A stretch of DNA of 60,484 nt, counting the filler, from Circinaria calcarea (lineage: Eukaryota): assembly GCA_051942165.1 (NCBI GenBank). It is 7 parts of 7 records of this genome, joined end to end, with 100 filler letters (N's around TTAATTAATTAA, not from the genome) between each part and the next. Parts side by side here need not be neighbours in the genome. Positions count along the whole stretch, not along the records: positions 51,956 to 60,484 come from JAVECS010001094.1; 6 more parts are not named here. The stretch is one strand, 5' to 3'. Shown in pieces: positions 58,684 through 60,484 of the stretch (position 1 is the first letter of the stretch; every line of letters starts with the position of its first letter). A model generated the notes under the pieces. The model saw nothing but the letters and a program-made list of their open reading frames with translations. It made no database searches and was not told the origin of the DNA. The position numbers and the translations under genes are program-made.

Positions 58684-60484
58684 ATGCCCAAGCAACAGGA
58701 TGCCGAGAATCCTCAGAAGAAAAAGGTCTTGGTGGTGGGAGCGGGTGCTGCTGGTAAGCCGAAAACACATATCATCTGGGCTTGGTACTGATCAGCTTGT
58801 CGTAGGAATGTCCTGCGCCCATCATCTATCGGAGCATCCAGAGAAGTTCGATGTCACCTTGATCGATGCTGTCGACTATTGTGGTGGTCAAGCCTTTTCC
58901 ATCCCGCTTGATAAAGAAAAGCATGGGGCGAGTTGGTTGAATCAGGGTGTTCAAGGGGGAAGCAATATCTTTCATCATACTATGACAATGTTTGCGCGGC
59001 AGGGGCATCATGCAGACCCGGTCAAGTTGCAGGTTAGAGATGACTCGGACATCTTGGAAATAGAGCTGAACAAAACCATAGGTATCTTTTGGCAAAGACG
59101 ACACTTTCTGGACGAACGTCTTTCCAACCCAGCTTCTCGCAAGACACGCCAAAGAGATCAAACGTTTCCATACGATGTTGAAAATCATCCGTTGGTTTGA
59201 AGTCATCTTTGCAATAATACCTATCAAGGTCATGATGAAGCTATTCTTCTTCTCCGAGGAATTTTCAAATACCGTCGCTCTCCCCATGATCGCGCTTTTC
59301 CTGGGAACTGGTAATGCAACTCCGGAAGTACCTAGTATCATCTTGGAAAGACTGGTAACAAGCCCAACTTATGGTATGTGGTATCCGGGAGATAAACTCA
59401 GTGTGGCAAGTAATTTACCACCGATGGTGGTTTTTCCGAATTTCAGCGTTTTCTACGATGATTGGCGGAAGAACTTGATTGGAAGGGGGGTGCACGTGAG
59501 ACTATCTACAGAGCTTACTCGGGTTGTGAAGAGGGATAAACTTGGCGTTGTGGTAAAGATGATTAAGAGGACGAAATCAGAAGACGAACATAACCCGATT
59601 AGTGCCTGGGTTACCGAGAATGGGAGTGAGCCGAATGCCGAAGAATGGGAGGAAGAATTTGATGAAATAGTCTTATGCGTTTTGTACGGAATATTCCAAC
59701 TATATACGGAGTGCTGGCATCGCTAATTCAGTAAATAGAACCGATACTGCCAACAGACTACTCAAACCTACCGCCAGCTACCGCGAAAAGAAGATTCTTG
59801 GCAGCGCCAAATTCTCCAACGACATCACAGTCACCCATACCGACAGCGAATACATGAAGAAAAACTACGAAAACTTCTACAACCCTTCCCAAGCCGTCAC
59901 CTCTCTCTCCGGGGTTGACCAAACCGTCCGCCTCGAAATGGCCAAGAAATCCTTCAAGCCAATGTATTACATCAAAATGTACCCCTCGGACCGGTCGAAA
60001 CTCGAAATGTGCTTCGACTGCACAAACTACCAGTCCCAATTCCCGCCCGAAGTCCCCTTTGAAAACCACGTCTTCCAAACTATTTTCCTCAACAAAGAAC
60101 GCGATGGCCACCTCTGGTCCATTGACGACATCGACCCGGCCAAGATCATCCGGAAGGACTGGTGGCACCAGCTCTGTCACTCGTTTACCCACTACCTCTT
60201 CGTCGTGCCCTGGATCTGGCTGCTGCAAGGACACAAGCATACCCGCTACGCCGCCGCCTGGACCCTCATCAACGCGCACGAGATCGCCGTCATGTCCGGC
60301 ATCGCGGCCGCCGTGGACTTGGGCGCGCAGTACCCGGAAGATCTGGAGAGAGATCGCTTCGCACTGCTGAGTTTCCGCCTGTATTATCTCCTAGCGTACG
60401 GGCGGTGGTATCGAAGGAAGGCGAAGAGTAGGGAGGGAGAGGGGAAGGAGTGGGCGGGCGGGTTGTATGGGAGTGTTTATCAGG
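58684..60484 (+). CDS. FAD-dependent oxidoreductase, flavin amine-oxidase-like (runs off window end)
   Basis: KKVLVVGAGAA|GMSCAHHL Rossmann motif, YCGGQAFS, NQGVQGGS, WTLINAHEIAVMSGIAAA; three GT-AG introns. Confidence 0.88.

Overview
Filamentous-ascomycete (Pezizomycotina-type; short GT-AG introns with CTRAY branch sites) genomic DNA. The window is not one locus. It is seven ~8.55 kb contigs joined by artificial 100-nt spacers (N44-TTAATTAATTAA-N44) and ordered by decreasing length, so neighbourhood across gaps means nothing. Recognisable genes: a cytochrome b561-like membrane protein (partial), MED14, ATG22, two Zn2Cys6 transcription factors, a peroxisomal enoyl-CoA hydratase, a fungal PD-(D/E)XK nuclease-like protein, a small secreted Cys-containing pre-pro-protein, a Cdc15/Hof1 F-BAR protein, an HMT1-type ABC half-transporter, a dispersed 5S rRNA gene, a hotdog thioesterase, a DDHD phospholipase, fimbrin, an STE20/GCK kinase, an RRM+YTH protein, GPI8, an F-box-like protein and an FAD-dependent oxidoreductase. 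Three observations stand out. (1) An intact, intronless 221-aa 'mini-G-alpha' (24672-25337) keeps the Ras-like fold but lacks the helical domain and has degenerate nucleotide-binding motifs. (2) A ~1.4 kb ORF-poor, stem-rich interval (56940-58400) carries a telomere-template 9-mer enclosed by nested long-range helices, making it a candidate telomerase RNA or other structured ncRNA. (3) The ABC transporter tail contains a PAM2-like motif. All family calls come from motif recognition by eye; no database search or folding was run.
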